A stretch of 64,000 nt of DNA. Source: Spirochaetia bacterium (lineage in GTDB: Bacteria > Spirochaetota > Spirochaetia > CADAEX01). The notes beneath the pieces are model-generated. The model was not told the origin of the DNA. It searched no databases and saw only the letters and a list, made by a program, of their open reading frames with translations. This document shows positions 29,643 through 39,154 of this stretch, piece by piece. The translations under genes and the position numbers were made by a program. The stretch is from the NCBI GenBank assembly GCA_963662795.1, contig OY759746.1:1728001-1792000 (forward strand). The letters run 5' to 3'. The stretch's first letter is position 1. Each line of letters starts with the position of its first letter.

Positions 29643-31070
29643 TTATTTTGTTTTTCCTGTGAGGATATATGAGTGTTTTTTTTCAAGAACAACTTCCTCA
29701 AGCGGTTTTTTAAGTTCCCGTGAGATTATCTCCTGAACCCTCGGTCCGCAGAAGCCGCCCTGGCATCTTCCCATGCCGGCCCTGCACCTTCTTTTTACCC
29801 CGTCAACAGTTGTAGCTCCGGGACTGCGCCTGATCGAATCCACAATATCGCCTTCCGTGATATTCTCGCACCTGCATATAATCCTTCCGTAAAGGGGGTT
29901 TCCCCTGATTAATGCAGACTGGGCGCTTTCACTCATGTCAATGAAAAGCTTCCGTTTCACCAGCGGGTTAAAGTTTTTCTTTGCTGTAAAGGCGATGCCG
30001 GATTTTTTCATGATTTCAATCATGTAAAGCGCAACCGCGGGCGCCGCTGTAAGTCCTGGAGACTTTATTCCTGCGGCGTCAAAGAACCCGGGAGTCCCTT
30101 CCGCTTCCCTTATTATAAAATCCCCCGCGTCAGGCTCTGCCCTCATGCCCGCGAACGTTCTTATGCTGTTTCTTGTTGTAAGTTTCGGTACAAGAAGCTT
30201 TGCCCCGATTCTCGCTTTTTCAAGCAGCTCATCTGTAGTTGACAGGTCTTCCGGGTCATCAAGGTCATCGGATGACGGGCCGATCAAAAGATTTGTATGA
30301 ACTGTCGGGGTAACAAGTGTCCCTTTTCCCATCTTCGTGGGGCAGGGAAAAACCACTGAGTTTACAATATTGCCGTCGATTTTATCGAGGAGAAAGTACT
30401 GTCCCCGCCTCGGTTTGATTTTGAAAGAGGGTTTTGCCGCCATATTGTGCACTTTGTCGGCGAAAACTCCTGCGGCATTTATCACATACTTTGCCTCAAT
30501 TTTCTCACCGCCGCTTTCCAGAATATAAACTCCGCCCTCGTTTTTAATCGATTCTATATCAAAATTCAGCCTGTATTCGGCGCCGTTTTTAACAGCGCTT
30601 TCCATCATTGAAATTGTAAGGAGCATAGGGTCGATAATCCCGGCAGATTCCGCAAGCAGAGCCCCTTTCGCCTCCGGGTTCAGGGCCGGTTCCCTTTTAA
30701 GAAGTTCTTCCTGAGACAGTATGCTTAAAGCCGGTACGCCGTTATTTATCCCTCTCTGCATCAGTTTCCTGATATGGAGAAGCTGTTCATCGTCAAAGGC
30801 CACAACAAGCGAACCGTTGCGGCGGAATGGAACATCGAGTTCGGCGCAGAGTGTGTCAAACATCGCGTTTCCCTCAACATTTAATTTTGCCATCAGCGTG
30901 TTTTCTTCGGCATCATAGCCTGCATGGATTATGGCGGAATTGGCTTTTGATGTTCCGCAGGAAATATCATTTTCCCTGTCAAGGACAATAATCCTGAAAT
31001 TATATTTTGAAAGTTCTCTCGCAATTGCAGCCCCTGTTACGCCTGCGCCTATAATTGCAATATCGTACAT
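29643..31070 (-). CDS. glpA: FAD-dependent glycerol-3-phosphate dehydrogenase (GlpA-like) with C-terminal BFD-like [2Fe-2S] domain
   Basis: IIGAGVTG, GTSKANSAIIHAG, SPGLTAAPA and CRCE...R.GMGRCQGGFC motifs; lies near glpP. Confidence 0.8.
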   Translation of the reverse strand: MYDIAIIGAGVTGAAIARELSKYNFRIIVLDRENDISCGTSKANSAIIHAGYDAEENTLMAKLNVEGNAMFDTLCAELDVPFRRNGSLVVAFDDEQLLHIRKLMQRGINNGVPALSILSQEELLKREPALNPEAKGALLAESAGIIDPMLLTISMMESAVKNGAEYRLNFDIESIKNEGGVYILESGGEKIEAKYVINAAGVFADKVHNMAAKPSFKIKPRRGQYFLLDKIDGNIVNSVVFPCPTKMGKGTLVTPTVHTNLLIGPSSDDLDDPEDLSTTDELLEKARIGAKLLVPKLTTRNSIRTFAGMRAEPDAGDFIIREAEGTPGFFDAAGIKSPGLTAAPAVALYMIEIMKKSGIAFTAKKNFNPLVKRKLFIDMSESAQSALIRGNPLYGRIICRCENITEGDIVDSIRRSPGATTVDGVKRRCRAGMGRCQGGFCGPRVQEIISRELKKPLEEVVLEKKHSYILTGKTK

Positions 31071-31083
31071 TTTGAAGCCTCCT

Positions 31084-31160
31084 CAGGGCATAAAAAAACC
31101 AGATAAAAAGACACCGAACCCGTTGTCGTTTTATCTGGCTCTCTTTTATCTCCAGCCATT
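31084..31160 (-). promoter_or_regulatory. GlpP-type antitermination leader, copy 1 (upstream of glpA)
   Basis: Minus strand AATGGCTGGAGATAAAAGAGAGCC runs into stem CCAGATAAAA/TTTTATCTGG plus T7. Upstream promoter TTGACA (31214-31209)-18-TAGAAT (31190-31185). Confidence 0.75.
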
Positions 31161-31286
31161 TTTATATTCTTTATGCTTATAAATATTCTATAATAATCTG
31201 TATCTCTTTGTCAATTAATAATATACTCAAATAAACCAAAAGCGGTAAATGTTTTAACATGCATTTCCGGAAAACGGGGATTTTAC

Positions 31287-32432
31287 ATGGCTTTATTAAC
31301 TGCATCAATTATGTTCCTTATTTATCTTTATACGGTTATTTTTTTAATCAGTCATATTTTTGTCATTGCCGGGCTTCTTTCCTCATTCAGAAGGGAAAGG
31401 AATGCCGGCAGGGCTGTTATGCCTGATGTGAAAGTATCTGTGATTGTCCCTGCGAGGAATGAGGCAGAAACACTGCCCGCTCTTTTCACTTCCCTGCTCA
31501 GCCAGAGTACGGATAATTTTGAGATAATTCTCATTAATGACAGGTCGGATGACAACACCCTTGATGTGATGAAAAGTTTCAGGGATGCCAATCCGTCCCG
31601 TGTAAAGGTCATTGAAAACAGAAAGTCCTTTACCGGCAAAAACCCGAAGCAGATGGCGCTTTCTCTTGCCGAGACAATCGCCGATGGTGAAATATTCCTT
31701 TATACAGATGCTGACTGCCAGGTCCCTGTAAAATGGGTTGAATATATGATTAAGCCTTTCAGCAGACCTGAAACAGGGCTTGTTTTTGGAACTGTGACTG
31801 TAAATAACGATAAAACCCTGCTGGAAAGGTTTCAGCAGTATGATCACCTTTTGAGATACCACTATACAGCCGCCTCTGCGGGGCTTAACATTCCTACCGG
31901 CGGTTTCGGCAATAATCTTGCGGTGAGAAAAAAAGCGCTTGATGATATCGGAGGGTTCGGCGCACTTGAGTATACCGTTACAGAGGATGCCCAGCTGATT
32001 GCGAGGGTGAGGGATACCGGGAAGTGGAAGATTTTTGCCCAGACTTCAGCTGACTCCATGGTAAGTACAGTGCCTGTTAAAACCTGGAAGGAGCTGTATC
32101 TGCAGGAACTCAGGTGGAGCACAGGCGCCATCCATGCCCCTGATATTGCTTCCAGGGTCGGCTACGGGTTTATCATGTATCAGCTTCTGATCGGTATAAT
32201 CCTGTTTATACCGGCTTTTTTTAATCCCTTTTTCTTCCCTGTCTTTTTTTGCGGAATCGTTTCCATGCTTTCTGTTTCACTGACTTACGGGCTTCATCTG
32301 AAGCCGGGTCTTTCATTCTGGAAGACACTGCCTCTCTCTCTGGTGATTGCACAGTTTCTTTTCCCCATAGTCACTGCAAGGGCTTCCTTCCGGCCGTCAG
32401 TTATATGGAAGGGCAATAAACTTGATACATGA
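31287..32432 (+). CDS. Glycosyltransferase family 2, membrane-bound
   Basis: VIVPARNE, DRSDD, TDAD (DxD), TED and QELRW (QxxRW); N- and C-terminal TM helices. Confidence 0.9.
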   Translation: MALLTASIMFLIYLYTVIFLISHIFVIAGLLSSFRRERNAGRAVMPDVKVSVIVPARNEAETLPALFTSLLSQSTDNFEIILINDRSDDNTLDVMKSFRDANPSRVKVIENRKSFTGKNPKQMALSLAETIADGEIFLYTDADCQVPVKWVEYMIKPFSRPETGLVFGTVTVNNDKTLLERFQQYDHLLRYHYTAASAGLNIPTGGFGNNLAVRKKALDDIGGFGALEYTVTEDAQLIARVRDTGKWKIFAQTSADSMVSTVPVKTWKELYLQELRWSTGAIHAPDIASRVGYGFIMYQLLIGIILFIPAFFNPFFFPVFFCGIVSMLSVSLTYGLHLKPGLSFWKTLPLSLVIAQFLFPIVTARASFRPSVIWKGNKLDT

Positions 32433-32514
32433 TTTATGCTTGATCAGAGGCGATGGGTAAGCAGCGCCGGAGCGACTTACTGATTCTATGAAAAGAATAC
32501 TTAAACGGCATAAG

Positions 32515-33081
32515 TTACATAATCCAGGTGTCATGCCTGGTGGATGATACGGAACAGGCCCCGGCGTCGAGGGCTGTCATTATATCTTCCCTGTCTGTAA
32601 TAAGGCCCCCGGCTATAACCGGCATGTGTGTGGAAGCTGCAAAAAGCTTTATGACTTTAGGCATAAGACCGGGGAGGATTTCAATTGCATCCGGTTTGCA
32701 TTCCTTTATAGCCTTGAAGCCCGAGTCGATTGAAAGTGAGTCGAGGATGAAAAAACGCTGTATAACAAATATTTTTCTTTCCTTTGCAGATTTTACAAGG
32801 CTTGTCTTGGTGGTTATTATTCCGTCTGTCTGTGTCTGATCCGCAAGATAATCAAGCGCGTAAACTGATCTTGCAAGCCCTTCCACAAGATCAAAGTGGA
32901 TAAATGCAATTTTGCCTGAATCCTTGACTTTCCCTACCAGTCTTGAAATGTTGGTGATTGTCGAGGTAAGTATGAAAATAATTTCGTTGTCGGTCCTAAG
33001 TGCATCGTCAAGGTCTTTTTCATCCTTGACCGCAGGAATTATAGGATTGCTGCGGAAAGCTGCTACAATATCTGGAATCAT
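32515..33081 (-). CDS. glpP: Glycerol-3-phosphate-responsive antiterminator
   Basis: PIIPAV, FIHFDLVEGL, GIITTK, IQRFFILDS, EILPG, IAGGLI and VSST motifs. Confidence 0.95.
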   Translation of the reverse strand: MIPDIVAAFRSNPIIPAVKDEKDLDDALRTDNEIIFILTSTITNISRLVGKVKDSGKIAFIHFDLVEGLARSVYALDYLADQTQTDGIITTKTSLVKSAKERKIFVIQRFFILDSLSIDSGFKAIKECKPDAIEILPGLMPKVIKLFAASTHMPVIAGGLITDREDIMTALDAGACSVSSTRHDTWIM

Positions 33082-33146
33082 ATTGGTTAATTATTTATCA
33101 GCCTGAATACTTTGTCAAACCCTAACCCCTTTAAATAATTAAATAT

Positions 33147-33262
33147 TTGACATTCTTATATTTTAGGGATTATACTAATGTCAGTACAAGATGGCGGAGT
33201 AACAGAGAGCCGGGAAAATGAGGCACAAAGTGTTGTCTTGTTTTGCCGTTTTTTTTTGCCCT
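33147..33262 (+). promoter_or_regulatory. Promoter plus GlpP-type antitermination leader, copy 2 (upstream of the SBP gene)
   Basis: TTGACA (33147)-18-TATACT (33171). GATGGCGGAGTAACAGAGAGCC runs into stem CGG.AAAA.GAGGCA/TGTCTT.TTTT.CCG plus T9. Confidence 0.72.
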
Positions 33263-33401
33263 GATGTCTCTGGATAGACATGACTCTGTCTTGATACTTT
33301 TTTGGCTTTTATATCTTAAATAATAAATTATCACCCTTTCGATACGGGAAAAATTAATTATTAAGATGTATAATTGAATATGATTTCCAGAGGAGGAAAC
33401 A

Positions 33402-34490
33402 ATGAAAAAGTTATTATTGGTTTTTTTATGCCTTGCAGTACTTGCATCAGGCGTCTTTGCCGGCGGTAAGAAAGAAGCGGCGAAAGAAGAGAACAAGGTC
33501 CTAAGGCTCATATCCTGGACAGGATATGCTCCCGCAGACCAGATTGCGAAATTTAAAGAAGAAACAGGCATTACTGTTGAGGTTACTTTCAGCAGCAACG
33601 AAGAGATGATATCAAAGCTCAGGGCGACAAGAGGCGGCGGATTTGATCTTGCCCAGCCTTCACAGGACAGGATTTCAGCGATGGTTGAAGAATTCGGTAT
33701 ATATCAGCCTATCGATTATTCAAAGGTTAACACAGCTCAGCTTGACCCTAGCATGCTTGCAGCGACAAAAAAATATACAGAAGTTAACGGCAAATCATAT
33801 GCAGTTCCCCATGTGTTCGGAACATCAGGTCTTATTGTAAACAAGGCAAAAGCTCCTGACGTAAAAGACTACAAAGATCTTCTTGATCCCAAATATACAG
33901 GAAGAACTGCCTACAGAATGAAGAGACCGACAATCCTTGCTATGGGATTCTCACTTGGTTATGATCCCTTTGCTCTCTACAGCGACAAGGCTGCTTACCA
34001 GAAATATCTTGATGAAATAGGCGATGTTCTTATCAAGGCAAAACCGGTTGTAAGAAACTACTGGGAAAACGGAGATGCGCTTCTTGAATCAATGAGATCA
34101 GGCGAAGTATGGGCAGCAATGGGCTGGGAACAGCAGGCCTGGAAGCTTTATAAGGAAAACAAGGACATCGATTATGTTGCGCCGGCGAGCGGATCAATGG
34201 CATGGGTTGACACATTCGCAATTCCCGCAAAATCAGAAAATGTTGAAGGCGCCTACAAGTGGATCAACTTCGTACTTAAACCTGAAAATGCCGCAGCTTT
34301 CACAAATGTGGAAAATTACGGAACATCATCAAAAGACGCTGTGAAATTCCTGAATCCAGAAGCAGCTGCCAACTTCTCAAGGTGCTTTACACCGGAAGTT
34401 ATGGCAAAAATGAACTGGTATCCGACAGTTCCAGCCGGTCTTGAAGAGATGGAAGGAAAGACAATGGACAAGATCAAGGCTTCCAAGTAA
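33402..34490 (+). CDS. ABC transporter substrate-binding protein, PotD/PotF-like fold
   Basis: Signal peptide ...FAGGKKE; W.GYAP...KFKEETGI.V, SNEEMISKL, WVDTFAIP and AYKWINF motifs. Confidence 0.88.
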   Translation: MKKLLLVFLCLAVLASGVFAGGKKEAAKEENKVLRLISWTGYAPADQIAKFKEETGITVEVTFSSNEEMISKLRATRGGGFDLAQPSQDRISAMVEEFGIYQPIDYSKVNTAQLDPSMLAATKKYTEVNGKSYAVPHVFGTSGLIVNKAKAPDVKDYKDLLDPKYTGRTAYRMKRPTILAMGFSLGYDPFALYSDKAAYQKYLDEIGDVLIKAKPVVRNYWENGDALLESMRSGEVWAAMGWEQQAWKLYKENKDIDYVAPASGSMAWVDTFAIPAKSENVEGAYKWINFVLKPENAAAFTNVENYGTSSKDAVKFLNPEAAANFSRCFTPEVMAKMNWYPTVPAGLEEMEGKTMDKIKASK

Positions 34491-34515
34491 GAATTGGTCC
34501 TGAAATAATTGTAAA

Positions 34516-34608
34516 ATGCCGGCGGTTTCTGTATCGAAGCGGAGTTTTGGAACCGCGTTTCAGGGTTTCACCCTGAAGGGGCGAGTTTAAGATACACCCC
34601 GCCGGTAT
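34516..34608. repeat. Long nested hairpin containing a REP-like core
   Basis: ATGCCGGCGG/CCGCCGGTAT, TGTATC/GATACA and inner TTCAGGG-TTTCA-CCCTGAA. Confidence 0.5.
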
Positions 34609-34616
34609 CACTTTTT

Positions 34617-34688
34617 CGGCAAAGAGACATGAGAGCCGGAAGATAAGGTATTTGTTAAATGACCTTGTTTGCCGGTTTTTTTATGCCG
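34617..34688 (+). promoter_or_regulatory. GlpP-type antitermination leader, copy 3 (between SBP and ATPase genes)
   Basis: CGGCAAAGAGACATGAGAGCC runs into stem GCCGG.AGATAAGGT/ACCTTGTTT.CCGGT plus T-run, then ATGCC. Confidence 0.7.
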
Positions 34689-34868
34689 GCAGTTGCAGAT
34701 CCTTCGGTGATAAGTATATAAACCTGACGCGGTATTGGTATTTTGATCTTTAAAACCTTCATGACAGGGTTTATAATATTTATTGAGGAAAGCAATTGTG
34801 ATACATCTGCGGCTCGTCCGGGCAAAAGATTCATGTTGATAAAAAATTTATTATAGAGGTATTGAAAG

Positions 34869-35975
34869 ATGCAGATTGATTTATCGGTTAAGGAACTTAC
34901 CAGGAAATTCGGCGAATTTACAGCTGTCGACAGGGTATCTTTCAATGTTGAAAGCGGCAAATTCTTTTCAATACTCGGCCCTTCCGGCTGCGGTAAAACA
35001 ACCCTGCTTAGAATGATAGCAGGTTTCTATGAACCCACCAGTGGTGCCATAGAAATCCGGGGCGATGACATGGCAGGGGTTGAGCCCAACAGGCGACCGG
35101 TTAATCTGGTTTTTCAGCACCTGGCGCTTTTTCCCATGATGGATGTCAAGGAAAATATTGCATTCGGACTCAAGAGACGGGGAGAGAAAGGGCCGGCTGT
35201 TTACAAAAAAGTTAACGACCTGCTGGAAAGAGTAGGTCTTCCGGAACAGGCTAACAAGAAAATCAGCCAGCTTTCAGGGGGGCAGAAACAGAGGGTCGCA
35301 ATAGCAAGATGCCTTATACTTGAACCTGCCGTCCTCCTTCTTGACGAGCCGCTCGGCGCGCTTGATCTCAAACTAAGGGAGCATATGAAGGTTGAGCTCA
35401 AGAAGCTGCAGGTACAGGTCGGAACAACGTTTGTGTATATCACGCATGACCAGTCTGAGGCGATGGTTATGAGCGATTATGTAGCTGTCATGAATTCAGG
35501 CCACTTTGAACAGCTTGATACACCCCAGACCCTGTACAACAATCCCCAGTCCTCCTTTGTCGCCCAGTTTGTCGGTGACAATAATCAGTTTATAGGAATA
35601 CTTCACCGTGATGAGAACGGCTCCCATTATGTAGTAACAGATGATAAGAGAAAATATCTTGTAAGGGAATGCGACTTATCCGACGGGGAAAGGGTTGAAA
35701 TGTATATAAGGCCTGAGGCGGTCATAATTAAACCTGATGCGGGAAAAGCCAATTTCAATACTGTTAAAGTTCTTGTAAAAGCGATACTTTTCGACGGAGC
35801 CAACAGCCGTCTGCTTGTTGTGCTGGATGGGAGTGATAAAGAGCTTATAGTTTCCCTGCCCCAGAACAGGCAGTTTGACTATATCAAATCGGGCGATTCC
35901 ATTGAAATCGGCTGGGACATCAAATCTGCTGTCTGTTTCAGGGAATCAGGAGTTAAAGCTTATGCTGAACTCTAA
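34869..35975 (+). CDS. ABC transporter ATP-binding protein, PotA-like
   Basis: GPSGCGKTT, LSGGQKQR, LDEPLGALD and ITHDQSEA motifs; C-terminal TOBE-like region. Confidence 0.92.
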   Translation: MQIDLSVKELTRKFGEFTAVDRVSFNVESGKFFSILGPSGCGKTTLLRMIAGFYEPTSGAIEIRGDDMAGVEPNRRPVNLVFQHLALFPMMDVKENIAFGLKRRGEKGPAVYKKVNDLLERVGLPEQANKKISQLSGGQKQRVAIARCLILEPAVLLLDEPLGALDLKLREHMKVELKKLQVQVGTTFVYITHDQSEAMVMSDYVAVMNSGHFEQLDTPQTLYNNPQSSFVAQFVGDNNQFIGILHRDENGSHYVVTDDKRKYLVRECDLSDGERVEMYIRPEAVIIKPDAGKANFNTVKVLVKAILFDGANSRLLVVLDGSDKELIVSLPQNRQFDYIKSGDSIEIGWDIKSAVCFRESGVKAYAEL

Positions 35976-36819
35976 ACATAATAAAATCAGATGGGGTTTC
36001 TGGATTTTCTTTATACCGGTTTTTCTCTGGCTCTTTCTCCTCATTATCCTTCCCCATATCGAGCTTTTAAGGATGTCTTTTTTTGAAAGAAAATCCGGGT
36101 TTACCATTGCAAACTATGCAGCCTTTTTTACAGAGCCTATCTACTGGCTTACGTTTGTAAGAACAGCCTTGTATTCGATAATAGTAACATTTATTGTTCT
36201 TGTTGTGGCGCTGCCTGTTTCTTTCTATGTTACAAAGGTTTCAGGATTCAAGGTGCAGGGTTTTCTTATGGTGCTCCTCCTCCTGCCGTTCTGGGTAAGC
36301 GAACTGATCAGGGTTTACGGCTGGATGATACTGCTCCGGGAAAGCGGGGTAATCAACAAGATTCTTGTGGGAATGGGTTTTTGGGACCAGCCTGTCGAGA
36401 TGCTCTACAATGATGCTGTTATGATAATGGGGCTTGTATATACCTCAATACTTTTTATGGTTATCCCAATAATAGGCGTTATGGAAAGCCTTGATGATTC
36501 CTATATAGAAGCAGCCTATGATCTCGGCGCCAAAAAGATGGTAATCTGGCAGAAGATCATTATCCCTCACTGCATGCCGGGTATAATGTCGGGATCAATT
36601 GTTGTTTTCATGCTTGTTCTTGGAAGTTATCTGACTCCAAACCTTATGGGAGGCAAGAATTCCCTCTGGTTTACCCAGCAGATATATAATCAGTTTATAA
36701 CATATTTCAACTGGAATCAGGGCGCCGCTTTCGGCTTTCTCCTTCTCCTGATGTCTTCGGGAATTATATGGGTAGCTCTCCGGCTTACGGGGCAGCAGCT
36801 TAGCGAGGTGGTAAAATGA
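35962..36819 (+). CDS. ABC transporter permease, PotB-like
   Basis: LLPFWVSELIRVYGW and EAAYDLGA (EAA loop). Start at ATG 35962 after AGGAG. Confidence 0.9.
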   Translation: MLNSKHNKIRWGFWIFFIPVFLWLFLLIILPHIELLRMSFFERKSGFTIANYAAFFTEPIYWLTFVRTALYSIIVTFIVLVVALPVSFYVTKVSGFKVQGFLMVLLLLPFWVSELIRVYGWMILLRESGVINKILVGMGFWDQPVEMLYNDAVMIMGLVYTSILFMVIPIIGVMESLDDSYIEAAYDLGAKKMVIWQKIIIPHCMPGIMSGSIVVFMLVLGSYLTPNLMGGKNSLWFTQQIYNQFITYFNWNQGAAFGFLLLLMSSGIIWVALRLTGQQLSEVVK

Positions 36820-37670
36820 TAAGATCACTTCCCAGATCAACCGCATATAAAACAACCTATTCCCTGTTTATTTTCCTCTATTTTTTGTTTCTTTTCGCCC
36901 CTCTGCTTGTTACCTGTATACTTGCGTTTAACGATTCAATGTTCCCTTCCCTGCCCTGGAACGGGTTTACGCTTGACTGGTTTACAGGGGCCGGACCTGA
37001 AAAAATAGGTATTTTTAATGATAAAATAAACCTCCGCAGTATCGGAGTATCTTTCAGGGTCGCTGTTGCTGTTTCGGCACTTTCGACCGTAGTCGGCACC
37101 TGTGCCGCATTCCTGTTTGAGCAGGAGAATTTCAGATTCAAAAACCTCTTCTATTTTCTTATGCTTGCTCCCCTTGTAATACCGGGCGTTATACTGGGTA
37201 TATCTATCCTGTTGTTTTCAAATCTTGCAGGTATATTTTTTGAAGAAAAACTGGGTATGGATGTTAAATTGTTCAGCCCCGGTACATGGCTTGTTATTAT
37301 GGGGCAGTTTTCTTTTATCACGACTTTTGTCGCGCTTGTCGTCGGGGCCAGACTCAAGAAATTTGACAAAACCCTTGAAGAGGCGGCATACAACCTGGGC
37401 GCAAACAGGTTTGAGGTTATCTGGTTCATTACATTGAAATTTTTACGCCCTTCAATAATCGGAGGAGCGGCAGTAGCGTTTCTGATGTCGTTTGAAAATT
37501 TTAATACAACCCTTTTTCTTGTAGGTTCTGAAGCAACCCTGCCCATCAATCTGTATCTGCAGGTAAGGGACGGCTCAACGCCTGTAATTAACGCAATATC
37601 CTTTCTACTGATACTTTCTACTTCCATATTTGCAGTTGCCAATCTCTATTTTTCAAAGAAGGAGGAATAG
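36816..37670 (+). CDS. ABC transporter permease, PotC-like
   Basis: WNGFTLDWF, LEEAAYNLGA, SFENF and TLPI motifs. Confidence 0.9.
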   Translation: MIRSLPRSTAYKTTYSLFIFLYFLFLFAPLLVTCILAFNDSMFPSLPWNGFTLDWFTGAGPEKIGIFNDKINLRSIGVSFRVAVAVSALSTVVGTCAAFLFEQENFRFKNLFYFLMLAPLVIPGVILGISILLFSNLAGIFFEEKLGMDVKLFSPGTWLVIMGQFSFITTFVALVVGARLKKFDKTLEEAAYNLGANRFEVIWFITLKFLRPSIIGGAAVAFLMSFENFNTTLFLVGSEATLPINLYLQVRDGSTPVINAISFLLILSTSIFAVANLYFSKKEE

Positions 37671-37686
37671 AAAGGGACGGGAGATA

Positions 37687-37786
37687 TTGTTTATACTTAA
37701 GCTTGAAAATATAATAGTAAAGGCAGGATTTAAGAGAGCCGTGGTCCGTAAGGTGTTAAAATATACCGGGGATCCCGGCTTTTTTA
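37687..37786 (+). promoter_or_regulatory. Promoter plus GlpP-type antitermination leader, copy 4 (upstream of DHH and kinase genes)
   Basis: TTGTTT (37687)-17-TATAAT (37710). AAGGCAGGATTTAAGAGAGCC runs into stem AGCCG.GGTCC...GGATC.CGGCT plus T-run. Confidence 0.68.
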
Positions 37787-37900
37787 CGGAATAAGAGGAA
37801 TTGAGGACAGAAAGATAAGGCCGGATAACTGAAAACCGGTAAATCATCCGGAAAAGCTGTGCTGACCGGATCAATGGAGAAATGATAAAGGGGTGGAGCG

Positions 37901-39154
37901 ATGGATTTAAGTGACGCGATGGAAAAATATCTGAAAGACATCAGGGGCGGAATTGAAAAAATGAAAAGCTACGGATCAAAAGAGCTTATCCTTCTGCATC
38001 ATAACGATTCTGACGGACTTACATCCGGGTCGATTCTGCTTAGGGCTTTCAAGCGCGCAGGTTTCAGTGTGAGCCGGTTTTCACTTGAAAAACCGTATCC
38101 TGCCGTTCTTGAAAAACTGTTTGATGAAAACAGCGGGAAGATCGTTGTCTTTGCGGATTTTGCCGGAAAGATTGCCCCTATAATTGCAGAAATCAACAGG
38201 GGGAGAAATCTTGTTCTTCTGCTCGATCACCACAGGGCAGAGCCGTCACCTGATGAATCTGTTCTTAATCTTGACCCGGACCTTTACGGCCTGAGGGGCG
38301 ACAGGGACATATCCGCATCGGTCGTCTGCTATTATTTTGCGGTGGAACTTGATAAGGCAAACCGCGACCTTGTTCATATCGCAGCTTTCGGCGGAATCGC
38401 AGATTTCTACTATCTTGACAGGAAGGTCCACTCATACAACAGGCTCTGCTTTGAGGAAGCTGTGAAATCTGGCCTTATGAGAAGCGATAACGCCGGAGGA
38501 GAGGAGAGGTTTTATATCACTCTGGGAGAAATGGAATTGGATGTTGTTGATTTTTATCCTCTTCTTGATATCGCAGGGGGTGTAGGTTTTTATAACGGCG
38601 GGCCTGAACTTGGTATTTCCATTCTGCTTGAAGGACTTACTCTCGGTAAACTTGAAAAAATTGAAAAGCTTAAAAAAATCAAGGACTCTCTTTTCGCGCA
38701 GGAACTTGAAACCCTTAAAAAGGGTGGGCTGCACGATACCGGCAATATCCAGTGGTTCGATACAAAAGAAAAGTTCTCTCCTATGGGAGTAAAAATGATC
38801 GGAGTTTTTTGCGAAGAGATAGCGGAACTTGATTTTCTTGACCACGGGAAATATCTCGCAGGTTTTCAGATAATACCTGATACAGTTCCCGGATTCGGTA
38901 CTGTAAAGATGGGACAGACAAAGATTTCTATGAGAAGTTCATCAGAACTCTCTAAAAAAATAATTGATAAGAAAATGCCCGGAATGAGTGATTTTCTTCC
39001 TGAAGCGACAAATAATCTGGGCGGATTCGCGGATGCCTGCCACAGCATAGCAGCTGCGACTACGATCAACGCAGGACGGGAAAGCGAGCTTATGGATGAA
39101 ACACAGAAAGTTCTGGAATCAAAAATGAAGAAAAATGGAGGATTAAATGGGTAA
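37901..39154 (+). CDS. DHH family phosphoesterase
   Basis: HHNDSDG (motif I), FADF (motif II), LDHH (motif III), G.IAD; C-terminal ISMR...H..AA resembling DHHA1. Confidence 0.85.
   Translation: MDLSDAMEKYLKDIRGGIEKMKSYGSKELILLHHNDSDGLTSGSILLRAFKRAGFSVSRFSLEKPYPAVLEKLFDENSGKIVVFADFAGKIAPIIAEINRGRNLVLLLDHHRAEPSPDESVLNLDPDLYGLRGDRDISASVVCYYFAVELDKANRDLVHIAAFGGIADFYYLDRKVHSYNRLCFEEAVKSGLMRSDNAGGEERFYITLGEMELDVVDFYPLLDIAGGVGFYNGGPELGISILLEGLTLGKLEKIEKLKKIKDSLFAQELETLKKGGLHDTGNIQWFDTKEKFSPMGVKMIGVFCEEIAELDFLDHGKYLAGFQIIPDTVPGFGTVKMGQTKISMRSSSELSKKIIDKKMPGMSDFLPEATNNLGGFADACHSIAAATTINAGRESELMDETQKVLESKMKKNGGLNG

Noticed and set aside
33402-37670. Confident spermidine/putrescine transporter call (potABCD)
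   Set aside because: The fold matches, but the GlpP-type leaders and gene context argue for another substrate, so gene symbols were withheld.
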